NCBI GenBank assembly: GCA_004431415.1
Contig: QPMI01000468.1
Span: forward strand, 1 to 64,000
DNA: 64,000 bases
Reading direction: 5' to 3'
DNA from: Cyanophora paradoxa CCMP329
Taxonomy: Eukaryota; Plantae; Glaucophyta
Each line of letters opens with the position of its first letter. The first letter of the stretch is position 1. The position numbers were made by a program, and so were the translations under genes. The notes beneath the pieces are model-generated. The model saw nothing but the letters and a program-made list of their open reading frames with translations, was not told the DNA's origin and searched no databases. This document shows, piece after piece, positions 46,201 to 54,854 of this stretch.

Positions 46201-47291
46201 TTGCAAAAGAGCACCTATCAGAGGCGCAGCGAGAAACTATTGAGCGTGAAAAACTAAGCGGGATCGAGAGAACGCCAAAGCTGGTTCCAAACCTGTTGCC
46301 AAAGAAGAACTATGTTGTTGATGCACGAGTGCTACAGTTTTATGTGTCGATGGGAATGGTTGTTTCTAGAATACACAGAGTGCTTTCGTTCGAGCAAAGT
46401 GCATGGCTAGAGAGCTATATCGATTTGAACACTCTGAAGCGAAAACAGGCAGAATTCCCGTATGAAAAAGATCTTTATAAGCTACTAAATAATGCGGTGT
46501 TTGGGAAAACGATGGAAAACGTACGCAAGCATTGCAATTCAGAGCTTGTGACAACAGGAGAACGACTAGCGAAAATCAACACAGAGCCGAACCGCTTGAG
46601 ACAGGTCGCTATATATGACGAAAACTTGGTGTATGTAAATAAGCGAAAGAGCGAATACAAACTCAACAAACCGATCTACTGTGGGTTCACAATCCTTGAT
46701 CTATCAAAGCTACATATGTATCGGTTTTACTACCAGGTGCTGAAAGCGCTTTGGGGCGAGCGAGTAAAGCTTCTTGGTACAGATACAGACAGTCTCATAA
46801 TTGAGATTGAGACCGAAAATTTATACGAGGACCTTCGCAAAATCAAAAACGAGCTAGATGTTAGTGAATACCCTACGAGACACCCGTTCTTTGAAGGGAT
46901 GTCAGAAGACGAAGTGCAGCGACTACGATCGATGGGCAAGGTTCCCGGGCTGTTCAAGGACGAGTGTGGCGGCAGACAAATGCTTGAGTGGATCGCGAAC
47001 CGACCGAAATCGTACTATATGAGCACAGAGGAATCACAAGTGCACAAGTGCAAGGGCGTTAACAAGACGTTCAGCAGCTCGCTGACACGAGAGCGATACT
47101 ACGACTGCATCTTTGGGGGCATATCATGCAACGTAGATGGAATTCTCGGCTTCAGATCGAAACAGCACCGGATCTGGCTACAGCGGACATCAAAGCAAGC
47201 CCTACACCCGCTTGATACCAAGCGATTCCTGTGCGAGGATGGTGTTCACACCAGGGCGATAGGTCACTATAAAAATCTTTCGAATAACTAA
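43248..47291 (+). CDS. polB: Protein-primed family B DNA polymerase of element A
   Basis: ExoI YADSE, ExoII FHNGRGFDFH, RKGVYPY, ExoIII YMKTD, YLDANNLYG, KLLNNAVFGK, GTDTDS; EndoVII-like RDHCHDSG..ACNACN. Confidence 0.96.
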   Translation: MERRIEIARLKEQIAGQAEDLYNRRFIHGQFRNKLQRISASGSRTRLPTLQKYASLLYELSTVPRPPRLVSAARLELAIAEGIVAGFSELPDLSESEFSETEVVEEDGTVMTRTALNGTYADWEYRPSRGTGRVTSMQAQIENNARFRAGAVAFVSVQQELASEDRMGIALQVSGVGLYRKPNEDTALAVVIEHRKFYRILPGSDVVEAIRSQLEELDTIAQEKSRDSSAFETWIKLRFTVIRYFRRMGGRGRGFVLPSWLALKQAMININAPNNECFKYAVLAARNPLAPGVDSRHAGSYRHHEASLDCTMLTYPTPLDSKMFSKFECANNVKLCVYTTALDKQDIVPIHISAATDAIPILYVPAGDGNDVGHYLWIKNISRLFGKHGSNAKHYCLACQCGFSSDEAFQNHLKYDRCLDRDEHARDVLPKKGEHIIKFNSFEKTIRQRLVGYADSETMTLPVLQTESPAKTKQLGVHAIASIGCLVILNKGQNQGTNATADSVENSETRQQEQFWFSHMGSQTDESAEAFVTWLDEKEPQFKEILEEKATMQITQEQERSFQTAETCYMCGSEFKEVKDKNRDHCHDSGQYLGAACNACNRRRAKAAAVPIFFHNGRGFDFHLLVRALAAGYNRRKVAEKAFRDDVERQFQAKYAGRELSADHAKNARKRLERKLRPRELLSTKFDQVFQNSERISQFTYGIYVFRDSAQHLQGSLDSLAAAVPDEKKKITRAQHEDETRFKLMTRKGVYPYKYITGWDRLAETSLPGRRQFYNELKQSKCSRDDYAHAQSVWRELGCRTMADYTLEYMKTDIALLGDIFENYRDTCMETYKLDPSYFMSIPGFSWQAALKHTGQQLELFYEGQEDMHRFIEKGIRGGISMISKRYARANNAWIDKYIVGHRKKQGWLLYLDANNLYGFSMKQKLPTGDFKWEDVRGITDPKLYITDLDVHGSRGFSLEVDMHCPEELHDYFSDYPLAPERMCIAKEHLSEAQRETIEREKLSGIERTPKLVPNLLPKKNYVVDARVLQFYVSMGMVVSRIHRVLSFEQSAWLESYIDLNTLKRKQAEFPYEKDLYKLLNNAVFGKTMENVRKHCNSELVTTGERLAKINTEPNRLRQVAIYDENLVYVNKRKSEYKLNKPIYCGFTILDLSKLHMYRFYYQVLKALWGERVKLLGTDTDSLIIEIETENLYEDLRKIKNELDVSEYPTRHPFFEGMSEDEVQRLRSMGKVPGLFKDECGGRQMLEWIANRPKSYYMSTEESQVHKCKGVNKTFSSSLTRERYYDCIFGGISCNVDGILGFRSKQHRIWLQRTSKQALHPLDTKRFLCEDGVHTRAIGHYKNLSNN

Positions 47292-48220
47292 TGGCGCCCT
47301 CATTTAAAATTACTGCTCCACCAGGGGCATATCAAGTCGACATACTTTTCATTGGACGTTTTCGACTATTTGCAGCGATTGAGATTGCAACTCGATTCGC
47401 AGTTGTCAGAAAGCTTGAAGATGCTAAACAGATTCCGAAATTCATCGCTCAGCTGCCGGGGATCTGGGGTTTTTCTGGCGACAATGGCTTTAATACGGCT
47501 GCTGTGCGGGCAATGGCAGAAGAGAATTCATTTTCGATGCACACCGACGTCGCTAAGGATGATCACATATCGAAAGGCGACAAGCTAGCAATCATCGATC
47601 GATTCGCACGGACATTGCGAGCCCTGATTCAGGCAGACACAGAGGAACGAGGGTCGCCGAATTTTCTCTCCCGGCTGCCTGCTTTGATCAAGGCATACAA
47701 TCAAACAAAACACAGCTCTTTTGGCAGAGAGTATTCACCAGCCTGGATGCGAGATCACCCGCAGATCGCTGCCCAGCTGCACCAGGTGCGTCAACGACAG
47801 AACGACATAGAGAGAGACGCGTTGAATCTACCAAAACCAGGAACTGAGGTGCAGATACTGGAGCCTAAGAGCAGCATCTTTGCGAAGGGAGCTACGAAAC
47901 GGAGCAAGGAGACGTACACAGTCGTGGGGCAGGACAGGAACCGAATAAGGGTCGCAACCAAAGAGGGACAGATATTAAGCCGCAGAATCAAGCCTTCAGA
48001 AATTCGAGCCCCGAGACAGCTTCCGAATCAGTCAAAAATAGAACAAGCTGCGGCCAAGGCAAAGCAAGAGAGACAGCTACGGCGCGAGGGCCTCATCGAA
48101 GCAAAAAAGTATAGCGGACAGAGTCGGCAAGCTCGTGAGCTCAAGAAGCTAGAGGTTGCAGGGGAGCCTTCGCTGCGATTAGGCAGTAAGGTTGCTGGAA
48201 ACTATGCCCGCCGCAATTAG
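47291..48220 (+). CDS. rve-type integrase of element A
   Basis: YQVDILF / SGDNGF / IIDRFARTLR; YNQTKHS; SKETYTV. C-terminus resembles integrase B (QLRREG, ELxKL). Confidence 0.85.
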   Translation: MAPSFKITAPPGAYQVDILFIGRFRLFAAIEIATRFAVVRKLEDAKQIPKFIAQLPGIWGFSGDNGFNTAAVRAMAEENSFSMHTDVAKDDHISKGDKLAIIDRFARTLRALIQADTEERGSPNFLSRLPALIKAYNQTKHSSFGREYSPAWMRDHPQIAAQLHQVRQRQNDIERDALNLPKPGTEVQILEPKSSIFAKGATKRSKETYTVVGQDRNRIRVATKEGQILSRRIKPSEIRAPRQLPNQSKIEQAAAKAKQERQLRREGLIEAKKYSGQSRQARELKKLEVAGEPSLRLGSKVAGNYARRN

Positions 48221-48496
48221 CGACCTAATTTCAGTGCGCCTTCGCTCTCGGTATTTTCGGTCGTTGTCCAGTTTTCGTTCAGGGTGTGCAAGATTATATT
48301 GACGGGAGACAGCAATCTGCCGCTGCCGGTAATCTGGATTTTCATGGTATCGCTTTCGCTGCAGCTCTGCACGTCTTTTGCGTCTCTCTGCAAGTATCTC
48401 TGGCGTAACCTCAGTACGTATGTGCGCGGGCTTCTCAATATTCTTGCGAGGCCTGCCTCGTGGACGGGAAGCAGCCGTGATTTCCGCACTGTCCAT
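48179..48496 (-). CDS. Small basic AT-hook protein
   Basis: RPRGRPRK; similar to 27778-27999. Confidence 0.7.
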   Translation of the reverse strand: MDSAEITAASRPRGRPRKNIEKPAHIRTEVTPEILAERRKRRAELQRKRYHENPDYRQRQIAVSRQYNLAHPERKLDNDRKYRERRRTEIRSLIAAGIVSSNLTA

Positions 48497-48587
48497 TATG
48501 ATTGATATATAGGAAAGAAATTCGAGAAACGTTTATGGCGCGTTCAAATCGAAAAATTAAATCGCAGCGGTTTATATATAAAGCAAA

Positions 48588-48881
48588 ATGGTCGCAGACA
48601 AGAAGCGTCGCTGCGCCGCAGGAACAATTCGATTTGGAAAATATAGAGGTGAGACTCATCTGAAAGTAGTTTTAACCGATCCGAAATATGCCGAATGGTT
48701 ATTATCTTGGGAACATCTCAGTGAGTACGATAAAAGGGAATTGCAGCGGGCCTTTGAGATTTCGCAATTAGAAGATTTGACTTTGCATCAACGACGTCCT
48801 ACAGTTGAACTACCTGACCTACCAGATTTCACAGACGAATTCTCCGTCCACCCATCGCATTCTTCAGTTGCGACCCAGTAG
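48588..48881 (+). CDS. Small protein with FGKY...DPKY.EWLL (DUF3820-like) motif; 27-nt repeat right after the ATG
   Basis: IRFGKYRGE...TDPKYAEWLL, similar to the C-terminus of the split HNH. Confidence 0.65.
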   Translation: MVADKKRRCAAGTIRFGKYRGETHLKVVLTDPKYAEWLLSWEHLSEYDKRELQRAFEISQLEDLTLHQRRPTVELPDLPDFTDEFSVHPSHSSVATQ

Positions 48882-49458
48882 CATTTGGCTCAGAGACATT
48901 GGGGGTAGCAGGTTTTACAGCTGCATCATCGAGAGCTTGTGAAGCCTTCTCTTTTTCGTTTTTCAGAAAGCGTAAATCTGGTACATCCATGGGTCTATGT
49001 TTAAACATCTCGCTACGGAGCATCTCACGGATCTTAGCTCTTTCTTGCTTTTCCTTAACGTATGATTCGATATTAGCCGATCGAGCCTCGAGATCTCGCA
49101 ATTTAGCTGTTAGTTCCTCGATCTGACTTTTTGATACTGATGCTGTCTTGATTTTTGGCCCTGAATACCGCGCTTCAGACGCCATTGCTTGTATAATTCT
49201 AGCAGCATCATCATCAATATCGGACTGCATTTCGTTTACAATTTTGACCTGGCTTTGTCGATCGTCAACCGCACTTGCATTAGCTGCTGCCGAGGCGATC
49301 GTTTTCGCTACAGGGGCATTTAATTGGGGGTTACTTGCGAGTTCCCCGCTAGGATTAGCAACAGCTGCGCCTTCAGTCGACCCACTTTCAACTAGTGGTT
49401 CAACAACATTAACCTTGCGTCTTTCACGATAACCCTTTTTAGGAATCCCGCGACCCAT
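48829..49458 (-). CDS. Conserved coiled-coil protein (homolog of 28765-29436)
   Basis: Similarity and synteny with the element B gene. Confidence 0.78.
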   Translation of the reverse strand: MGRGIPKKGYRERRKVNVVEPLVESGSTEGAAVANPSGELASNPQLNAPVAKTIASAAANASAVDDRQSQVKIVNEMQSDIDDDAARIIQAMASEARYSGPKIKTASVSKSQIEELTAKLRDLEARSANIESYVKEKQERAKIREMLRSEMFKHRPMDVPDLRFLKNEKEKASQALDDAAVKPATPNVSEPNATGSQLKNAMGGRRIRL

Positions 49459-49467
49459 CTTATTTTA

Positions 49468-50202
49468 TTAAGATAAGATTTTAAAACGCTTCTTTTTGGG
49501 AATAGGCGTTGACTCTTCTTTTTTAGACTCTTCTTCTTGTCTTAGCCATTTAGAGAAACGAAAACTCTTATCTTCGACAGCTTTATCAACGTACCAGGCC
49601 GTATCGTACTTGGTCCCATCAAGGACTAGACACTGATAATCATGCGCCCACTTTTCGAACATGGCTATAAACTCATCCTTTGGTAGGTGAGAAAACTCTC
49701 TATATATTGCCTCAAGTTCGGTGTGATTTGAATAACTAAAGAAAAAGCAATAATCGCTGTTCGATCTTATAGATTGACTCAACGCTGTAAGCTTTTGCGT
49801 CATAAGAATGGTACTGATATTAAAATGACGACCTTGTGTAAAAAGTCGATTTACAGTCTTGCTGTTTCGCAGATCCACAGTTTCAGAGGCAGCAACAAGA
49901 TCATCCAAGACTAGCAATATCTGCGGCGCTTTCTGTTTGTTTTCGATCAACTTTCGCTGTGAATCAATGATTTCTGCAACAATAGATGGCTGAAAATCGT
50001 CGTAAAGCTCATTAGTTATTCCAGCATACTCGCCGTTGAATTTGGTGGCGGTAAACACTACGACGCGATTGATCTTTGTATACAGCAGTCGAAGCAGATG
50101 CTTTGTGCAATAGAAAGACTTGCCGCTATTAGACTTCGAAATAAACAGGGCCTTGAAGGGAACCCTCATAACTCCCGGCTGGAACTTTGCGAGCTCATCC
50201 AT
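49468..50202 (-). CDS. A32-like packaging ATPase of element A
   Basis: SKSNSGKS, LLVLDD, QGRHFNIS..LMTQ, IRSNSDY; ATG at 50202. Confidence 0.92.
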   Translation of the reverse strand: MDELAKFQPGVMRVPFKALFISKSNSGKSFYCTKHLLRLLYTKINRVVVFTATKFNGEYAGITNELYDDFQPSIVAEIIDSQRKLIENKQKAPQILLVLDDLVAASETVDLRNSKTVNRLFTQGRHFNISTILMTQKLTALSQSIRSNSDYCFFFSYSNHTELEAIYREFSHLPKDEFIAMFEKWAHDYQCLVLDGTKYDTAWYVDKAVEDKSFRFSKWLRQEEESKKEESTPIPKKKRFKILS

Positions 50203-50227
50203 CAAAAAATTAACTACCGAGATACGA

Positions 50228-51616
50228 CTAGAGGTTAACTTTGCGAAGACCCGCGGCATCAACAATTAGGACAGTGTGAAGGAGAGCGCGAATTTGGACG
50301 TAAATTTTGTTGTTAGCATCATACGCAGCAGGGTTCATGATATTCAGGAAGCAGCTGCTGGAGTTCGTCAGATCTACGAAACCAGTTTGAGCAGCATTTC
50401 GAATCGATTTATCCCCACTAATGCAAAATGGCAATCCAGTCAGCACGTACCTATTCAAAGGTGCGTCGAGATTGGAGCACTTGAAGACATCAGCGATGAG
50501 TTCGGCACCTTGCAAGAGAGGGACAGGCTCATTTGAATAAAGCCGCTGGCCATTCAACTCGCAGGAAATAGTGATATCGCGAGCATTAGCCTCGGTTTTG
50601 AGGACACTGTGTTTTCCATCAGTTTGGTTCATGTTTGGCTGCTTGCGAATGCTAACGAACAGGCCGTAGCACAGTCCACTGATTTGAGACAGATTAATCC
50701 GGGTGGGCGCACCAGCACCAGCATAAGTAATTGAATCAGCATCAACCCAGCCGACATCGGTAGCGGGAATTGCGATTCCAGACGTTTTGACTTTCTCAAT
50801 CACCTGGGCAAAAGTGGCCTCATCAACGTTGATGCAATGAGCAATAATCTTAGGATTAGAAAGCTCCGGATTGGCAGGGGTGATACTGAGAACATTGGGA
50901 GTTATATTCTGGCCGATGTTTGCAGGGGAAGCAGCGGCAGCTCCAACACTACCAAGGCCATCTTCTTTAGTGGCATCACCGCCGATGGCATATTCTGTTA
51001 CAAACCTACCACCATAGCTGGTCTCGACGAAGCCCTGGGCACGATCACGGAACCAAACCTCGACAGACACCTCGCCAGAAAGAGCACCAATTGGGAGCAC
51101 AGAACCCTCCCATGGACAGGGGATTTTTACACTGAAAATACCTCCAGCACGATTTGTCCCCTGAGGTGGTGTTCCATGTAGCCAGCCACCTGACCGGTAT
51201 TTCTTTTTGAGCTGAGCATCATCATTGTAAATCAGTGCGCTGTGAACAAGCCAGTCCTCGGGGACAATGTAGCTGTAGGAAGCATATTTGATTTCAATTC
51301 GCTTTACAAGAGCACCAACAGACCGCAGATAACCAGTGCGAACCAGGTCAGTGTCACCAGTAAAAGCGGTCAACTCGGGCAGGGTAAACTGGAGTTCGAG
51401 CCCCTGAAGGAAGTTGTATCTGGGAAGGAAGTAGGTGACTCGTTTACCGAAGCAGTCTCCATAGTCATTGCTTGGGTTGACAACAACACGAACAGGCTTG
51501 GTTTGGCTCGTTAGACCCAACATAAGCTCATTGTTCATAAAGAAGTCCTTCGCTTCCTGCGGAGTTGTCAGGAGCTCTTTGAGGCCGAGCCGCTGCAAAT
51601 TCTGAGTAACATCCAT
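50228..51616 (-). CDS. Probable major capsid protein of element A
   Basis: Homolog of 31238-32686 in the same position; ATG at 51616 (MDVTQNL). Confidence 0.78.
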   Translation of the reverse strand: MDVTQNLQRLGLKELLTTPQEAKDFFMNNELMLGLTSQTKPVRVVVNPSNDYGDCFGKRVTYFLPRYNFLQGLELQFTLPELTAFTGDTDLVRTGYLRSVGALVKRIEIKYASYSYIVPEDWLVHSALIYNDDAQLKKKYRSGGWLHGTPPQGTNRAGGIFSVKIPCPWEGSVLPIGALSGEVSVEVWFRDRAQGFVETSYGGRFVTEYAIGGDATKEDGLGSVGAAAASPANIGQNITPNVLSITPANPELSNPKIIAHCINVDEATFAQVIEKVKTSGIAIPATDVGWVDADSITYAGAGAPTRINLSQISGLCYGLFVSIRKQPNMNQTDGKHSVLKTEANARDITISCELNGQRLYSNEPVPLLQGAELIADVFKCSNLDAPLNRYVLTGLPFCISGDKSIRNAAQTGFVDLTNSSSCFLNIMNPAAYDANNKIYVQIRALLHTVLIVDAAGLRKVNL

Positions 51617-51718
51617 CGATTTATATAATTGCAGTGAAAGAAAATAATTCTGCCGCTTCGCCAAGGGGCGCAGCCGAGCTGCTTGTCTGCGACTTCGCTT
51701 GCGTGCCGCGAGCTTAGC

Positions 51719-52675
51719 TCAGTTTGACGAATTGATCCAAGGATATGTCTTTGACCTTTTCTGGAGCTGAAGTTTTGCAAGTTCGTAAACAACATCACCA
51801 TTGGGTTCGTCAGGACCATAACGAATTTCGAGAATAAATGACACAGGAGCTCCATTTAAATCAGCGATTCGCTGCATAAAATCGTATATCTCAATAGTCA
51901 CAGAGTAGAGGTCCAGCTTTGAATAAACATACTTATACAAAGGAGTTGCTTCAGTTGAATCATAGTAGGCTGTTTCGCCTGGACGGAGGGCGCTGGGAAT
52001 GCTGAGCTTTGAGAAAAAGCCAGGAATTGAAGTATTGGGCATACTGACAAGGTCACCAATTTCAGGAATGCGAAGTAGCACATGATCATCGGGAGTGACA
52101 TCGGGTTCATAAGCGCCTTCTATATATTGAATATCGACAGTTAAAGCCTTAGACCGAATCGGTAGAATTGATCGCAAGCCTAGCAGCTTTGCAGTTCGCT
52201 GAGCCCTAGCAACAGCCTGGTAGTTTCTGATTTCCCGCCCACCCAGGTTCGGTGCCAACATCAGAGCAATAAAGAACTCGAAGCTAGCTGTGAACCCTAT
52301 TGATTTAACTGCTGAATTATACGTGCACGTGATACCAGTCCCCGTCAACCTTTCGTTTATCTTTGTCACAAGCGAGGTGACGTCGTAATTTCCAGGTGGA
52401 ATTGTAATGTTATTCCAGGCTCCAAAACCTGGCTGAGGTGGATCGGGTCCCTCATTTGCAGGATCATATTTGCACCAATATATATACGTGTCAAACACTA
52501 AATCCTCTGCTGGATCGAGTGCATCAACTGTGCTCATTGTGTTGGGGATCTCAGCTGATACCAAGCGCACAGCTTTCACATCCTGATAAACTTTAGGCAG
52601 TCGTACTTTAAATTTTGAGGTGGATGTCAGCTCATCCGCTTGGTGGCTTGCAATGCAGACGTAGTCCGTCGGCAT
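51719..52675 (-). CDS. Probable minor capsid protein 1 of element A
   Basis: FKVRLPKVYQDVKAVRLVSAEIPNT, IPPGNY, VSFILEI; homolog of 32720-34006. Confidence 0.68.
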   Translation of the reverse strand: MPTDYVCIASHQADELTSTSKFKVRLPKVYQDVKAVRLVSAEIPNTMSTVDALDPAEDLVFDTYIYWCKYDPANEGPDPPQPGFGAWNNITIPPGNYDVTSLVTKINERLTGTGITCTYNSAVKSIGFTASFEFFIALMLAPNLGGREIRNYQAVARAQRTAKLLGLRSILPIRSKALTVDIQYIEGAYEPDVTPDDHVLLRIPEIGDLVSMPNTSIPGFFSKLSIPSALRPGETAYYDSTEATPLYKYVYSKLDLYSVTIEIYDFMQRIADLNGAPVSFILEIRYGPDEPNGDVVYELAKLQLQKRSKTYPWINSSN

Positions 52676-52702
52676 CTTTTTTATATCAGTTAGAGAATAA
52701 AA

Positions 52703-53620
52703 ATGGTCGAAGACAAGCATCGACGCTGCGCCAGGCTCAGCTTTGACAGTAGAGACAGAAGGCCAATCGATTCAGAGGCAAACTTTGTGCTAGAAATAAA
52801 TGAACCTATAATCAATCCAGTTGCTGTTCGACTTACCCAGTGTGAGTTCGCAAACAGCCTTTACACGAGCATTAGAGATGAGTATCTTTCGATCACCTTC
52901 CCCAACATTTGGACGGAAAATCTGGCAGTTTTTGAGCCTGGTATAATTACTACTGCAAATATGGGCGAAACAGATCTTTACAACTTTGGCCTATCGTTTA
53001 AGTTTGAACTGGGGGGAATCGTAATAGCATATTTCAAATTGTTTCGGGACCCAGAGACACTGAAGATGTCTGCTTATTGCAACCGTTCCTGCACAGTGAC
53101 CTGCCAGTTCAAAGCTCTATCGAATCTGCTAGGGCTGAACCGAAATGAGCCCCTCCAGCTGTCTCCTATCGTGATTGAAGGAGGACAAAGATCAGTAACT
53201 GCAGCTGAGCGATATCTCGAAGTTGCTGGCATTCCAGTAACACCTTCACACCCTGAATATGGCGTGGACTTCACCGAAAGAATGCGGAGTGAGCCACTTG
53301 GTTATGCTGTCGAATTTCCAAAGATAATTGACATGAACAGCGACCAGTATCTATTCCTAGTCTGTGAAGAGCTTCGACCATTTGCTTCAAAGCTTCGCCG
53401 TGGGGCCAAAACAATGTGCAACTACGGGCTTGCTCGAATTCAAATGAGTCAGGACGTTGGCAAATTCGTTTATATAAATCAGGATCATCAAAGCGAATGG
53501 ATCTCCATCGAAGAGCGTCTTGTGCTGACTTCCTTGCGACTGCGCATTGTAGACAGAGATGGTGATGATGTATTACTGAATGGATTGCCATGGTCTGGGG
53601 AGCTCCAGTTCATCACTTAG
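52703..53620 (+). CDS. Probable minor capsid protein 2 of element A
   Basis: FDSRDR...PIINPVAVRLTQCEFANSLY; homolog of 34034; 27-nt repeat right after the ATG. Confidence 0.68.
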   Translation: MVEDKHRRCARLSFDSRDRRPIDSEANFVLEINEPIINPVAVRLTQCEFANSLYTSIRDEYLSITFPNIWTENLAVFEPGIITTANMGETDLYNFGLSFKFELGGIVIAYFKLFRDPETLKMSAYCNRSCTVTCQFKALSNLLGLNRNEPLQLSPIVIEGGQRSVTAAERYLEVAGIPVTPSHPEYGVDFTERMRSEPLGYAVEFPKIIDMNSDQYLFLVCEELRPFASKLRRGAKTMCNYGLARIQMSQDVGKFVYINQDHQSEWISIEERLVLTSLRLRIVDRDGDDVLLNGLPWSGELQFIT

Positions 53621-54318
53621 AAGTTAAGTTGTAGAAATGGGTGATCAACTTCGGGAGTATTTGCAAGCGCATAGGCATCTCGAGCACGAGCAGCAGCTTC
53701 AGCAGTAGTATAGTAGCCGATGTGCTTTTGACGACCATTTATTTTAAATTTAGCATGCCATTTTCCACGCTGCCGATGGAAGCAAACACCTATGAAACCT
53801 GATGTGTTTGTGACCCGCCGATTCTGGTTTAAACTCTGCTGGCGCTTTGTTGCTACTCGTAAGTTTTCACGTCTATTATCAAGTTTGTTTAAATTGATAT
53901 GATCCACTGTCAACCCTCCCTCAATATTCGGGTAAAGGAAATTATGCAATCTAATTGTTTTTTTCTTTCCATCCACTTTCACACTTCTTTCTGCATAGCC
54001 ATTGCCATCATTCAAATGCCATTTATTTTGAAGCACTCTTTCAGCATCCTCTTGGGACACAAGGGCATAGGCTCTGATATTCCCTCGGTGATCGCGAAGT
54101 GGAACTGTTACTGCTCCATAAGGAATGTCCATTTCTACAGCTGGACTGCTCACCTTTTCAGTTAGAAACCTTCAATCTCTTTAAGGCATGGCGAATGGAT
54201 CTCCATCGAAGAGCGTCTTGTGCTGACTTCCTTGCGACTGCGCATTGTAGACAGAGATGGTGATGATGTATTACTGAATGGATTGCCATGGTCTGGGGAG
54301 CTCCAGTTCATCACTTAG
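53493..54318 (+). repeat. 128-bp direct repeats (53493-53620, 54191-54318) flanking the HNH-AP2 cassette
   Basis: Identical gcgaatggatctcc...catcacttag, which is the 3' end of the minor capsid 2 gene. Confidence 0.92.
53617..54132 (-). CDS. HNH-AP2 homing-type endonuclease
   Basis: VDHINLNKLDNRRENLR, NTSGFIGV, HIGYYTTAEAAARARD; flanked by 128-bp direct repeats; first ATG at 54132. Confidence 0.92.
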   Translation of the reverse strand: MDIPYGAVTVPLRDHRGNIRAYALVSQEDAERVLQNKWHLNDGNGYAERSVKVDGKKKTIRLHNFLYPNIEGGLTVDHINLNKLDNRRENLRVATKRQQSLNQNRRVTNTSGFIGVCFHRQRGKWHAKFKINGRQKHIGYYTTAEAAARARDAYALANTPEVDHPFLQLNF

Positions 54319-54463
54319 GGAAAGTCGCCAGAGTCGCAGACAAGCTGAAGGGTCGCAGACAAGCAGCGACCGCTGCGCCAAACTGATTTGAAAAGTCGCA
54401 GACAAGCAGCGACGCTGCGCCTGGGTTGCGCCCCGTTTTATTTCTTGGCACAATATATAAAAA

Positions 54464-54854
54464 ATGTCGCAGTTGATGCCCATAGCTCAGATTGAAAAGT
54501 ACTTACCGTTGATGCGGGACAAAAAAGTATCACTTGTTGCGATTGGAGATAAGCCAAGCACAGTCGGCAGACAAGCTGCCTCGGCTGCGCCCAAACAAAC
54601 CTAGGTTTTCTGCAAGCTTACCGCCGATTTGGTCCTGACGGAATCAAAAAGGAGCTCGCAACCAGAAACAGTCGGCAGACAAGCTGCCTCGGCTGCGCCC
54701 AACTTGGTATCAGCGAAGAGAGAATTACATTAAGAGGCGACTGGGAGGGCGTAATGGAGCACCATTTTGGGAGAAAGATAAATCTGGCAGAACTATTCCA
54801 ACACGTCTTGGACTCTCTCTGATTTCCTGGGCATTCATGCCGCCGCCTAATTAA
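54464..54854 (+). pseudogene. Small viral protein gene (110 aa when restored) interrupted by two identical 29-nt insertions
   Basis: Deleting 54563-54591 and 54671-54699 gives an open frame MSQLMPIAQIEKYLPLMRDKKVSLVA...LGFLQAYRR...TWYQRRENYIKRR...PTRLGLSLISWAFMPPPN*. Confidence 0.72.
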
